Shown: positions 1 to 9,404 of the stretch, piece after piece
Position numbering within the stretch: the stretch's first letter is position 1
Layout of the letters: every line of letters starts with the position of its first letter
Sequence record: SRR31156797_335
DNA length: 64,000 nt
Direction: 5' to 3' (one strand)
The notes under the pieces: generated by a model
Databases searched by the model: none
Told to the model about the DNA's origin: nothing
Seen by the model: only the letters and a program-made list of their open reading frames with translations
Translations under genes and position numbers: made by a program

Positions 1-831
1 ATCCAACAAACGCTGAACACCTTTATTTTTAAATGCAGAACCACAAAGCATAGGTACAATATCCATAGAGATAGTAGCTTTACGGATAACAGCATACATT
101 TCATCTTCGGTAATTGAATCTGGATCCTCAAAGAATCTCTCCAACAATTCCTCATCATTTTCTGCAACTGCCTCCACTAAAGTTTCTCTCCACTCATTTG
201 CATCAGCAACCAAGTGATCTGGAATATCTTCTAATGTGTAGTTTGTACCATTCTCATCATCATACCATACGATAGCTTTCATAGTAATCAGGTCGATTAC
301 ACCACGGAAAGTATCTTCTGATCCGATAGGAATTTGAATAGGAATAGGATTAGCTCCTAATTTTTCTTTAACCTCACGTACAGCTTTGAAAAAGTCAGCA
401 CCAGAACGGTCCATCTTGTTCACAAAACCCATACGAGGAACTCTATATTTGTCAGCTTGTCTCCACACAGTCTCAGACTGAGCTTCAACACCACCTACAG
501 CACAGAAACATGCAACAGCACCATCAAGAACACGCAATGAACGCTCTACCTCTACAGTAAAGTCAACGTGACCCGGTGTGTCAATAATGTTAATCTGATA
601 CTTTTTGTCATCGTAATTCCAATAACATGTTGTAGCGGCAGAAGTAATTGTAATACCTCTTTCCTGCTCTTGCTCCATCCAGTCCATTGTAGCTGCACCA
701 TCATGTACCTCACCAATTTTGTGAGACACCCCTGTATAATACAAAATACGCTCGGTAGTTGTTGTCTTACCGGCGTCGATGTGTGCCATGATACCAATGT
801 TTCTGGTAAATTTTAAATCTCTCTTAGCCAT
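1..831 (-). CDS. fusA: Elongation factor G (canonical), 5' part; runs off window start
   Basis: Manual translation from ATG at 831: [34 protein letters not shown]...[14 protein letters not shown]...IDTPGHVDF...NKMDR; follows rpsL-rpsG. Confidence 0.97.
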   Translation of the reverse strand, partial: MAKRDLKFTRNIGIMAHIDAGKTTTTERILYYTGVSHKIGEVHDGAATMDWMEQEQERGITITSAATTCYWNYDDKKYQINIIDTPGHVDFTVEVERSLRVLDGAVACFCAVGGVEAQSETVWRQADKYRVPRMGFVNKMDRSGADFFKAVREVKEKLGANPIPIQIPIGSEDTFRGVIDLITMKAIVWYDDENGTNYTLEDIPDHLVADANEWRETLVEAVAENDEELLERFFEDPDSITEDEMYAVIRKATISMDIVPMLCGSAFKNKGVQRLLD

Positions 832-862
832 TTTCTTTATCCTCTAATTGCTTAAACAATTA

Positions 863-1339
863 TTAAAATCTAAAGTGAGCGAAAGCACGGTTAGCTTCAG
901 CCATTCTATGAGTATCCTCTTTCTTCTTGTAAGCTCCACCTTCTTCATTGAATCCAGCGATAATTTCCGCAGACAATTTTTCTGCCATAGACTTACCAGA
1001 TCTCTTACGAGCAAAAAGAATCATATTCTTAATAGAAATAGACACTTTTCTTTCAGGACGAATCTCCATTGGAACTTGAAATGTAGCACCACCAACACGG
1101 CGACTCTTCACCTCAACACCAGGAGTAATATTCTCTAAAGCTTTTTTCCAAATCTCAAGAGGAGATTTCTCTAGCTTCTCTGTTTTAGCCTTAACGATAT
1201 CCAAAGCATCATAAAATACTTTGAAAGCAAGATTTTTCTTACCATCAACCATCAAGTCATTAATAAATCTTGTCACCAAAACATCATTAAATTTTGGGTC
1301 TGGCAACAAAATCCTTTTTTTAGGTCTCGATTTTCTCAT
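863..1339 (-). CDS. rpsG: 30S ribosomal protein S7
   Basis: LPDPKF...DGKK...[16 protein letters not shown]...[15 protein letters not shown]; str operon position. Confidence 0.98.
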   Translation of the reverse strand: MRKSRPKKRILLPDPKFNDVLVTRFINDLMVDGKKNLAFKVFYDALDIVKAKTEKLEKSPLEIWKKALENITPGVEVKSRRVGGATFQVPMEIRPERKVSISIKNMILFARKRSGKSMAEKLSAEIIAGFNEEGGAYKKKEDTHRMAEANRAFAHFRF

Positions 1340-1345
1340 TTCTTT

Positions 1346-1440
1346 TAGTTTACGAGCTATTCGTATGTTAGCTGCCCATTGTGCGTCTTCAACAGTCTCT
1401 CGACTATTTACTCAACCTAGTGGGAACAACACATAAACTA
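1346..1440 (-). ncRNA. Candidate structured cis-regulatory RNA in the rpsL-rpsG spacer
   Basis: Nested pairings read by eye on the minus strand: UAGUUUAUG/CGUAAACUA outer stem and GUU-GAGUA-AAUAGUC-GAGA-GACUGUU-GAA-GAC inner hairpin. Confidence 0.5.
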
Positions 1441-1470
1441 TAACTCCTACAGTTACAAACTAGATTTCAA

Positions 1471-1848
1471 CTACTTTTTCTTTGGTCTCTTTGTACCATA
1501 CTTAGAACGACGCTGCATACGACCCTCTACTCCCGAAGCATCAAGAGCACCACGAACAAGGTGATATCTTACACCTGGAAGGTCCTTTACACGACCACCT
1601 CTAATCAATACGATCGAGTGCTCTTGCAAATTGTGTCCTTCTCCTGGAATGTAAGCATTCACTTCTTTTCCGTTAGTCAATCTAACACGAGCTACTTTAC
1701 GCATAGCCGAGTTAGGCTTCTTAGGTGTAGTTGTGTACACACGTACGCAAACCCCTCTTCTCTGAGGACAAGAATCCAATGCCGGAGCCTTGCTTTTCTC
1801 TTGAAGCTTGGTTCTTCCTTTTCTAACTAACTGTTGAATTGTAGGCAT
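1471..1848 (-). CDS. rpsL: 30S ribosomal protein S12
   Basis: [12 protein letters not shown]...CPQRRGVC...[10 protein letters not shown]...[11 protein letters not shown]. Confidence 0.99.
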   Translation of the reverse strand: MPTIQQLVRKGRTKLQEKSKAPALDSCPQRRGVCVRVYTTTPKKPNSAMRKVARVRLTNGKEVNAYIPGEGHNLQEHSIVLIRGGRVKDLPGVRYHLVRGALDASGVEGRMQRRSKYGTKRPKKK

Positions 1849-1895
1849 ATTAACAATTACTTTTTTAATTAAATATATTTTAACAAATTGGTTTG

Positions 1896-2001
1896 CAAAG
1901 GTATTATTTATTTACAAAAAACAATAACAGAACCATCGTATTTTGCAAAATCCCCTTGAAATCAGCGCACAAAGGTAGGAAAAGCCTTTTATAAAGACAA
2001 G
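1896..2001 (-). promoter_or_regulatory. Two tandem Bacteroidota sigma-A-type promoters for the str operon
   Basis: CAAAGGTA (TACCTTTG on minus, matching TAnnTTTG) at 1896-1903 and 1970-1977, each with a TTG about 18-20 nt further upstream. Confidence 0.6.
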
Positions 2002-2257
2002 TTATTATCTACCAAAAAAATAAGTAGTTCAAAATATCTTCTCCAATCCCTGCATCCACGTAGAAAAATCGAGAGGTAAAAACAAAAATACAACCATTTT
2101 TTCTTCTTGTCAATTCTTAATGAATCTAAGTACCAGATACGTATTGTTTATTATTAAAAAGTTAATTAATTTGGTAAGCCTTAAAACCAAGTTATAATCC
2201 GAGCCTAACCTTTACTCGGTGAGATAACTCATAATATAAACCCAAAAAATTACCATT

Positions 2258-4414
2258 ATGAAAGTTTATCAATCAAATGAAATTAAGAACATCGCCCTCA
2301 TTGGCAATGCCGGCTCGGGTAAAACTACCCTTGCCGAGTCTATGTTATTTGAAGGCGGTGTTATTACAAGACGCGGAAACGTGGAAGATAATAACACCGT
2401 TTCTGATTATAATCCGGTAGAGCATGAATATGGTAACTCAGTATTTTCAACGGTATTATATACAGAATGGCTTGATAAAAAAATTAATTTTATCGATACT
2501 CCCGGAGCTGATGATTTTTCAGGAGGGGTGATTTCCGCATTGAATGTAACCGACACTGGTTTAATGATTATTAATGCTCAACACGGAATTGAGGTTGGTA
2601 CAGAAATTATCGGAAGAAGAGCCGCAGCATTAAACACTCCTCTTATTTTTGTTGTGAACCAACTGGATCATGACAAAGCAAATTTTGAACAATCCATTGA
2701 CTCAGCAAAAACCAATTTTGGTAATAAAGTAACTATAGTACAATATCCTGTAAACGTTGGCGAAAACTTTAATGCTGTTGTTGATGTATTAAAAATGAAA
2801 ATGTACCAATGGGGACCAGATGGAGGCGAACCTCAAATTCTTGACGTTCCCGATTCGGAAAAAGAAAAAGCAGATGAATTACACAACGAATTGGTAGAGT
2901 CGGCAGCAGAAAATGATGAAGCCCTAATGGAATTGTATTTCGATAAGGGAACTTTAACAGAAGACGAAATGCGCGAAGGAATCAAAAAAGGCATGATAGC
3001 CGGTGATTTATTCCCTGTATTCTGTATATCTGCTAAAAAAGATATGGGCGTTAGACGTTTAATGGAATTTATAGGGAATATAGTTCCTTTTGTAACTGAA
3101 ATGCCTGCTATACCCACTGTAAGTGGACGCGAAGCAAAATGCGACCCAAATGCTCCAACTTCATTGTTCGTATTTAAAACATCAATGGAACCACATATTG
3201 GAGAGGTAAGTTATTTCAAAGTCATTTCGGGTAAAGTTAAAGAAGGTGATGATTTAACAAATATCAATAATAGCACCAAGGAGAGATTATCTCAATTGTA
3301 TTTGGTGGCAGGTAGAAACAGAGAAAGAGTTTCGGAGCTTGTTGCTGGAGATATTGGGGCAACTGTAAAATTAAAAAACACAAAAAACAATCATACATTA
3401 AACTGTAAAGATTGTGATTTCACATATAAAGAAATAGAATTTCCAGAACCAAAATTCAGAACTGCTGTTAAAGCTAAAGATGAAGGTGATGAAGAAAAAT
3501 TAGGTGAATTGCTTCATAGAATTCATGAGGAAGATCCAACAATTCTAATTGAATACTCAAAAGAACTGAAGCAAATTCTTTTGCATGGTCAGGGTGAATT
3601 TCACATGAATACTTTACGATGGAGATTGCTTCATAACGATAAAATGGAAATTGAATTTATGAAGCCAAAAATTCCATATCGTGAAACTATTACAAAGCTA
3701 GCTCAAGCAGATTATCGTCACAAGAAACAATCTGGTGGTTCAGGTCAATTTGGTGAAGTTCACTTACTAATTGAGCCATTTGAAGAAGGCATGCCAGATC
3801 CTGTAATGTACAACATACATGGAAAAGAGCTTAAGGTTAACTTAAGAGGAACAGAAGTACATGAATTAAATTGGGGTGGCAAATTGGTATTCTGCAACTG
3901 TATTGTTGGTGGTGCTATTGACACAAGATTCCTTCCTGCTATCATGAAAGGTGTTATGGAAAAAATGGATGAAGGTCCGTTAACCGGTTCTTATGCCCGA
4001 GACATTAGAGTTGTTGTTTACGATGGAAAAATGCATGCCGTTGACTCTAATGAAATTTCATTTAAATTAGCTGGTCGTCATGCTTTTAGTACTGCATTTA
4101 AAAATGCTGGTCCTAAAATTCTTGAGCCGGTATATGACGTAGAAGTATTGGTTCCTGAAGACAGAATGGGTGATGTTATGAGTGATCTTCAAACTCGTCG
4201 CGCAATGATTATGGGTATGGAAGCCGAAAAAGGATTCCAAAAAATTATCGCTAAAGCTCCACTTAAAGAGATGAATAAATACTCAACATCTCTTAGTTCC
4301 TTAACAGGCGGTAGAGCTCAGTTTACTATGAAGTTTGCAGAATATGAAAAAGTTCCTGCTGATGTTCAGCAAGAATTACTAGCTGCATACGAAGAGGAAA
4401 CGGCAGAAGCATAA
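2258..4414 (+). CDS. fusA2: Elongation factor G paralog, Bacteroidales EF-G2 type
   Basis: 718 aa EF-G fold with GNAGSGKTT; DTPGAD instead of DTPGHV; NQLD instead of NKMD; no RGITI; domain IV HKKQSGGSGQFG followed by an insertion; resembles Bacteroides EF-G2 (from recall). Confidence 0.9.
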   Translation: MKVYQSNEIKNIALIGNAGSGKTTLAESMLFEGGVITRRGNVEDNNTVSDYNPVEHEYGNSVFSTVLYTEWLDKKINFIDTPGADDFSGGVISALNVTDTGLMIINAQHGIEVGTEIIGRRAAALNTPLIFVVNQLDHDKANFEQSIDSAKTNFGNKVTIVQYPVNVGENFNAVVDVLKMKMYQWGPDGGEPQILDVPDSEKEKADELHNELVESAAENDEALMELYFDKGTLTEDEMREGIKKGMIAGDLFPVFCISAKKDMGVRRLMEFIGNIVPFVTEMPAIPTVSGREAKCDPNAPTSLFVFKTSMEPHIGEVSYFKVISGKVKEGDDLTNINNSTKERLSQLYLVAGRNRERVSELVAGDIGATVKLKNTKNNHTLNCKDCDFTYKEIEFPEPKFRTAVKAKDEGDEEKLGELLHRIHEEDPTILIEYSKELKQILLHGQGEFHMNTLRWRLLHNDKMEIEFMKPKIPYRETITKLAQADYRHKKQSGGSGQFGEVHLLIEPFEEGMPDPVMYNIHGKELKVNLRGTEVHELNWGGKLVFCNCIVGGAIDTRFLPAIMKGVMEKMDEGPLTGSYARDIRVVVYDGKMHAVDSNEISFKLAGRHAFSTAFKNAGPKILEPVYDVEVLVPEDRMGDVMSDLQTRRAMIMGMEAEKGFQKIIAKAPLKEMNKYSTSLSSLTGGRAQFTMKFAEYEKVPADVQQELLAAYEEETAEA

Positions 4415-4435
4415 TTCATAGAACATATTAATTTT

Positions 4436-4468
4436 AAAAACCGTCTCATCGAGGCGGTTTTCTTTTTC
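4436..4468 (+). terminator. Intrinsic terminator of fusA2
   Basis: aaaaCCGTCTC-atc-GAGGCGGttttcttttt. Confidence 0.8.
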
Positions 4469-4483
4469 TATCAATTACTTTTC

Positions 4484-4517
4484 AAAAAAAAGCAGTACCC
4501 AAATTTGAGTACTGCTT
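4484..4517 (-). terminator. Intrinsic terminator of the PKD/T9SS-CTD gene
   Basis: A-tract followed by AGCAGTAC...GTACTGCT inverted repeat. Confidence 0.7.
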
Positions 4518-4538
4518 ATCTGTTTTAAGCTAAGTTCT

Positions 4539-5885
4539 TTATTTTCTTATCAGCATAAAGGAACCCTTCTTGGTATACTTTTTAGTTTCCTCTTCACTAC
4601 CAACTGCGGTAATTACATAAAAATAAGTTCCTGGTGTTGCCATCTTACCATTTACTTTACCATCCCAACTATCTTTCTGATCTTTCCATTCATATATTAT
4701 TCTTCCCCATCTATTAAATATTATAGCATTAAAACTCTTTAAAGACTGAGTTTTAATAATCCATTTCCCATGTTTACTAGGAATAAAATAATTGGCTGGA
4801 TCCACCAAAGAAGGATCAACAACTATTTGTTCTCCTTCTGTTTCCAAATAATACTCATCAGTACAAACTTCAGGTCCCTTATCAGATTTTACTTTTAGCT
4901 TGACAAAGTATTTACCCGGATGCAAGTATGTATATGGATCTATATCCTCGCCGGTTAAAACACCTTCAGTTAGCAATTTATCCTCGTCTTCTGTTACATC
5001 ATCTTCAATTCTATCAAAATCTTGAAATAAAAACCATTCATACTCTGTTGCATTTATTGATGTATTCGCAAATGTAACTTCTAAAGGTGCTTCTCCAACT
5101 TTAGGATCATATATAAATTCTGCCTTTACCGCATAAGTAACCGTATTTATTACATCAGATTCGAACTCACACCCGTATTGATCTATAACTAACATAGTGA
5201 ATGCTCGTTCATCCTCAAAAGCCTCTTGATCTATGAAACTTTTATTTATTTGATTGAAGGGTGGATTAAAAAAATTTTCACTTGAACTTAGCGGATCCTC
5301 ACTAACACTCAACAATTCGAACTTCACTATCTTTTCATCAAGTTTAGGAATAACGCTTTTTCTATTTGGCATATTACCTACATCATAATACTCAAGATCA
5401 ATCGGCGTAAACTCTGCAGAAAAATGCACTCCAACACAATCCAATTTATTAAGATTTAACATTGGTTTTGTATTCGAATTATTTAAAACCCAAGCCTGGT
5501 CACTCTCATCAGCTTCCCCACTTTTCGACATCAAAACCTGATATCTACCATCTGTTAAATTGGCTACAATTGAACTCTGTCCATTTTCTACAATTACAGG
5601 AATTGAAAAATCAGTAGAAATTTCGTCCCACTTTGTCCAGGTAAAAGTCCATCCAGTAGTTCCATCCGGAGAATCAGCTTTCAACTCTCCCACTCCCGTT
5701 CCTATATTATCGCAAAAAACAAAAATAGAATCCTGAGGAGTGCCTGTATACTTGGTTAAAGTTCTATAACTTGCGGGTTGTGAAGATATCTGAGAAAAAA
5801 CTTGACCAGATATCAACAGAGCCAATAAAATAAATACTAAGCTGCGTAGTCTTAAAAAATAGCGTAAATCTAAATTGAGTTTCAT
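4539..5885 (-). CDS. Secreted PKD-domain protein with gliding-motility-associated (T9SS type B) C-terminal domain
   Basis: Signal peptide; PKD-like GEAPLEVTFANTSINATEYEW...YTYLHPGKYFVKL; CTD IFNRWGRIIYEW...WDGK...PGTYFYVI...KKGSFMLIR. Confidence 0.8.
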   Translation of the reverse strand: MKLNLDLRYFLRLRSLVFILLALLISGQVFSQISSQPASYRTLTKYTGTPQDSIFVFCDNIGTGVGELKADSPDGTTGWTFTWTKWDEISTDFSIPVIVENGQSSIVANLTDGRYQVLMSKSGEADESDQAWVLNNSNTKPMLNLNKLDCVGVHFSAEFTPIDLEYYDVGNMPNRKSVIPKLDEKIVKFELLSVSEDPLSSSENFFNPPFNQINKSFIDQEAFEDERAFTMLVIDQYGCEFESDVINTVTYAVKAEFIYDPKVGEAPLEVTFANTSINATEYEWFLFQDFDRIEDDVTEDEDKLLTEGVLTGEDIDPYTYLHPGKYFVKLKVKSDKGPEVCTDEYYLETEGEQIVVDPSLVDPANYFIPSKHGKWIIKTQSLKSFNAIIFNRWGRIIYEWKDQKDSWDGKVNGKMATPGTYFYVITAVGSEEETKKYTKKGSFMLIRK

Positions 5886-6050
5886 CTTTATCTATGACTG
5901 GTTTTATGATGTATCGTAATTTACAATATTAAAAAAAATTAAGTCGATAATTCCATATTAATGAATTATCTTATCGCTTAATTTCGAAAAACAACAGAAA
6001 TTTAAGTTACAAGTATTATTTTTGACAGTCGAAAAAGACCGTAAAATTAA

Positions 6051-8378
6051 ATGACGAGAATGGAATATTTAAATGAGTTGAACCCCGTTCAAAGAGAAGC
6101 TGTTGAAAACATTACAGGTGCATCGCTGATTATAGCAGGTGCTGGTTCGGGAAAAACTAGGGTATTGACTTATAGAATTGCTCACTTGCTAAACAAAGGT
6201 GTAAAGCCATATTCAATTTTAGCATTAACCTTTACCAACAAAGCCGCAAGAGAAATGAAAGACCGAATTGCAGCAGTAGTTGGACCACAAGAAGCTCAAA
6301 GTTTGTGGATGGGAACCTTTCACTCCATTTTCTCGAAAATTTTACGATACGAAGCAGAACATCTTGGTTTCGATTCCAATTTTACAATTTACGACACTCA
6401 GGATTCTCGAAATTTATATCGTGCCATTATAAAAGAGATGCAATTGGATGACAAGGTTTACAAGGCCAACGAAGTTCAAAATCGAATCTCTTCAGCAAAA
6501 AATAATTTGGTAACAGCCAATGCATATGCTCAAAATGCTAATGCTCAAAAAATAGATGCTCAAGCCAGAAGACCATTAATTTTCGAAATCTATAAAAAAT
6601 ATGCTCAGCGTTGCCATAAAGCCAATGCTATGGATTTTGATGATTTACTATTGCAAACCAATATCCTATTTAAAACTAAACCTGAGGTTTTGGCAAAATA
6701 TCAGGATAAATTCAAGTATATATTGGTAGATGAGTATCAGGATACCAATTACTCACAATACTTAATTGTTAAAAAATTAGCCGAGAATCATAAAAATGTT
6801 TGTGTTGTTGGTGATGATGCCCAAAGTATTTATTCGTTCCGTGGAGCAAAAATTGAAAACATTTTAAACTTCAGAAATGATTACCCTAATTATAAATTAT
6901 ATAAACTGGAGCAAAATTATAGATCAACACAGAATATTGTAAATGCTGCCAATAGTGTTATTCACAAAAATAAGGGACAGATCAAAAAAGTTTCCTTTTC
7001 GGAGAACGATATAGGTGATAAAATTAAAGTTGTTAAAGCATTAACAGATCACGAAGAAGGTTATTTGGTAGCTAACGATATTTTCGAAACCAGAATGCGA
7101 GAGCATAGCCTTTATCAGGATTTTGCAATTCTATACAGAACCAACGCTCAATCCAGAATCTTTGAGGAATCTTTACGAAAATTAAATCTACCTTATAAAA
7201 TATACGGTGGCCTTTCTTTTTATCAACGTAAAGAAATCAAAGACCTCTTGGCTTATTGCCGAATGACGGTTAATCCAAACGATGAAGAAGCAATTAAAAG
7301 GGTGATCAATTATCCTAAAAGAGGAATTGGCGCAACAACCATAAGTAAAATTCAGGATGCAGCAGCTCAAAATGCAAGCAGCATGTGGGATATCATTTGT
7401 GATTTGCAGAATCGACCGTACGGATTAAATGCTGGTACAATTTCAAAACTTACAAAGTTTACCAATTTAATTAAAGGCTTCCAAAGTCAACTGGAAACTG
7501 AATCTGCTTTCGATCTGGCAAATAATATTGCCAACACAACTGGTATCATTAAAGAAATGTATAACGACCGATCGCCGGAAGGAGTATCTCGTCATGAAAA
7601 CATTCAAGAACTTTTAAATGGTATTCAGGAATTTACTCAGAATGCTTTAGAGGAAGGCAAGGAATTACATTTGCCAAATTTCCTTGAAGATGTTGCTTTA
7701 CTAACCGATCAGGATAACGATAAAGATGAAGATCGTGACAAAGTGACCTTAATGACGATTCACTCGGCAAAGGGGCTTGAATTTAAGTATCTGTTTATTG
7801 TTGGATTGGAAGAAGAATTGTTCCCTTCGCAAATGGCGACCAGCACATCGCAAGAACTGGAAGAAGAAAGACGCTTGTTTTATGTAGCTCTTACCCGAGC
7901 TGAAAAAAGAGCAACGCTTTCATTTGCAAAATCGAGATACAAATGGGGAAATATGAGTTATCCACGCCCAAGTCGTTTCATTCGGGAAATTGATGAAAGA
8001 TTTTTAGAGTTTGGTTACGAAGAAGCCCCTGCGTTCTCAGGAAATGGCTCGGATAATTACAACAGTCAATCTGAATATGAAGTTCCAAGTCAATCTGGAA
8101 GATTCCAACAGAAAAAAAGTTTCTCATCAAAACCCAAACTTACCAAGCCACTATCTCGTACTAAGCTGAGTACGAATGAAAATACAGATCCTAACTTCAC
8201 TCCTTCTGATCCTGAATTAATTCAACCGGGCATGGTTGTTGAACATCAGCGTTTCGGAAAGGGAAAAGTACTGCAGATGGAAGGTAACAAACCTAATATT
8301 AAAGCAACCGTATTTTTCCAAACTGTTGGACAAAAACAACTGTTATTAAAATTTGCAAAACTTAAAATAGTAGGATAA
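6051..8378 (+). CDS. uvrD: UvrD/PcrA superfamily 1 DNA helicase (start may be ATG 6060)
   Basis: AGAGSGKTRVL, VDEYQDTN, VGDDAQSIYSFRGA, LEQNYRST, TIHSAKGLEF, EERRLFYVALTRA; C-terminal Tudor-like VEHQRFGKG; TATTTTTG promoter element at 6017-6024. Confidence 0.95.
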   Translation: MTRMEYLNELNPVQREAVENITGASLIIAGAGSGKTRVLTYRIAHLLNKGVKPYSILALTFTNKAAREMKDRIAAVVGPQEAQSLWMGTFHSIFSKILRYEAEHLGFDSNFTIYDTQDSRNLYRAIIKEMQLDDKVYKANEVQNRISSAKNNLVTANAYAQNANAQKIDAQARRPLIFEIYKKYAQRCHKANAMDFDDLLLQTNILFKTKPEVLAKYQDKFKYILVDEYQDTNYSQYLIVKKLAENHKNVCVVGDDAQSIYSFRGAKIENILNFRNDYPNYKLYKLEQNYRSTQNIVNAANSVIHKNKGQIKKVSFSENDIGDKIKVVKALTDHEEGYLVANDIFETRMREHSLYQDFAILYRTNAQSRIFEESLRKLNLPYKIYGGLSFYQRKEIKDLLAYCRMTVNPNDEEAIKRVINYPKRGIGATTISKIQDAAAQNASSMWDIICDLQNRPYGLNAGTISKLTKFTNLIKGFQSQLETESAFDLANNIANTTGIIKEMYNDRSPEGVSRHENIQELLNGIQEFTQNALEEGKELHLPNFLEDVALLTDQDNDKDEDRDKVTLMTIHSAKGLEFKYLFIVGLEEELFPSQMATSTSQELEEERRLFYVALTRAEKRATLSFAKSRYKWGNMSYPRPSRFIREIDERFLEFGYEEAPAFSGNGSDNYNSQSEYEVPSQSGRFQQKKSFSSKPKLTKPLSRTKLSTNENTDPNFTPSDPELIQPGMVVEHQRFGKGKVLQMEGNKPNIKATVFFQTVGQKQLLLKFAKLKIVG

Positions 8379-8390
8379 TTGTTGTCACAA

Positions 8391-8422
8391 TTTGTATCGG
8401 AACAAGAAAACATATACATTTG
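8391..8422 (+). promoter_or_regulatory. Bacteroidota sigma-A promoter (-33 TTTG, -7 TACATTTG)
   Basis: TTTG 8391-8394, 20-nt spacer, TACATTTG 8415-8422. Confidence 0.7.
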
Positions 8423-8426
8423 TAAT

Positions 8427-8558
8427 GAGTTCTAAGACTTTCTGAATTTGTCGATTACCGAAAACGGTACTTAAAAATTTCATTATTCTTCAATAGTAAT
8501 TTAACCGACAAGTTCATAGTCACTCCGAATAATTGAAAAACTGACATCAATTTTTTTT
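8427..8558 (+). ncRNA. Candidate structured leader or sRNA upstream of DUF4290-murA
   Basis: 11-bp stem TGAATTTGTCG/CGACAAGTTCA flanked by GACT/AGTC and GAGT/ACTC, enclosing TACCG-AAAA-CGGTA; followed by a weak hairpin and T-tract. Confidence 0.45.
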
Positions 8559-8646
8559 GGTATAAAAGAGTGCTTTAGCATTACTATGGTATAAAGTACC
8601 AGTTGGAACAATAATTATATTACCGAAAATTAACACAACTGATTAA

Positions 8647-9288
8647 ATGGATTATAATTCAAACAGGAAACATCTTGTTCTTCCTGAATATGGACGAAAC
8701 GTTCAGAAAATGGTTAATTTCGCAATGACTGTTGAAGACAGAGATGAAAGAAACCGTGTTGCAAAAAGTATCATAGCTGTTATGGGTAACATGTACCCAC
8801 ACCTTAGAGATGTTAGCGATTTTAGACATAAACTTTGGGATCATTTGGCTATTATGTCGGACTTCACCTTAGATATTGATTCTCCTTACGAAGCTCCAAC
8901 TAAAGAGAAACTTGCCGAAAGACCAGATCAACTGCCATACAGTAATCAGCGTATTAAATACAAACATTACGGTAGAACAATTGAAGCCTTAATTGAGAAA
9001 GCAATTGAAATGGAAGAGCCAAAAGAAAAAGATGCGCTTATCCAAATGATTGCCAATCATATGAAAAAATCATACACTACCTGGAATAAGGATAGTGTAC
9101 CAGATGATAAAATTTTTCAAGATATCATTCAATTATCAGATGGTAAACTTCAAATTCCAGAAGAATTAAAATTGCGAGAAAGTAGAGATAAAGATTTTTC
9201 ACAAAAAAATAAAAAAAGAAAACCTACTCGACCGGATCAACGAAATGACAATCGACACGATAACAGGAAATTTCACAAAAAAAGATAA
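8647..9288 (+). CDS. DUF4290 family protein
   Basis: MDYNSNRKHLVLPEYGRNVQKMV...HKLWDHLAIMSDF..DIDSPY; this family typically precedes murA in Bacteroidota. Confidence 0.85.
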   Translation: MDYNSNRKHLVLPEYGRNVQKMVNFAMTVEDRDERNRVAKSIIAVMGNMYPHLRDVSDFRHKLWDHLAIMSDFTLDIDSPYEAPTKEKLAERPDQLPYSNQRIKYKHYGRTIEALIEKAIEMEEPKEKDALIQMIANHMKKSYTTWNKDSVPDDKIFQDIIQLSDGKLQIPEELKLRESRDKDFSQKNKKRKPTRPDQRNDNRHDNRKFHKKR

Positions 9289-9295
9289 TATTTAC

Positions 9296-9320
9296 AAGCC
9301 GGATTTATTCCGGCTTTTTT
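9296..9320 (+). terminator. Intrinsic terminator
   Basis: AAGCCGGA-ttta-TTCCGGCTT followed by T-tract. Confidence 0.75.
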
Positions 9321-9404
9321 ATTGATATTCCCTCAAAATTTCACTTTTCTGAATGATTTTTATAATTATCTTTAACTTATCATTCACACCAAAATATATA
9401 CCTA

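Noticed and set aside
552-1830. Short ORFs 552-797, 568-816, 848-1138, 1221-1436, 1561-1830
   Set aside because: Off-frame or antisense shadows of fusA, rpsG and rpsL; no motifs
8427-8558. Possible tRNA, SRP RNA, 6S RNA or known riboswitch
   Set aside because: No T-loop/anticodon cloverleaf, no SRP GGAA domain, wrong size and context for 6S, no riboswitch consensus recognised; kept only as an unknown structure
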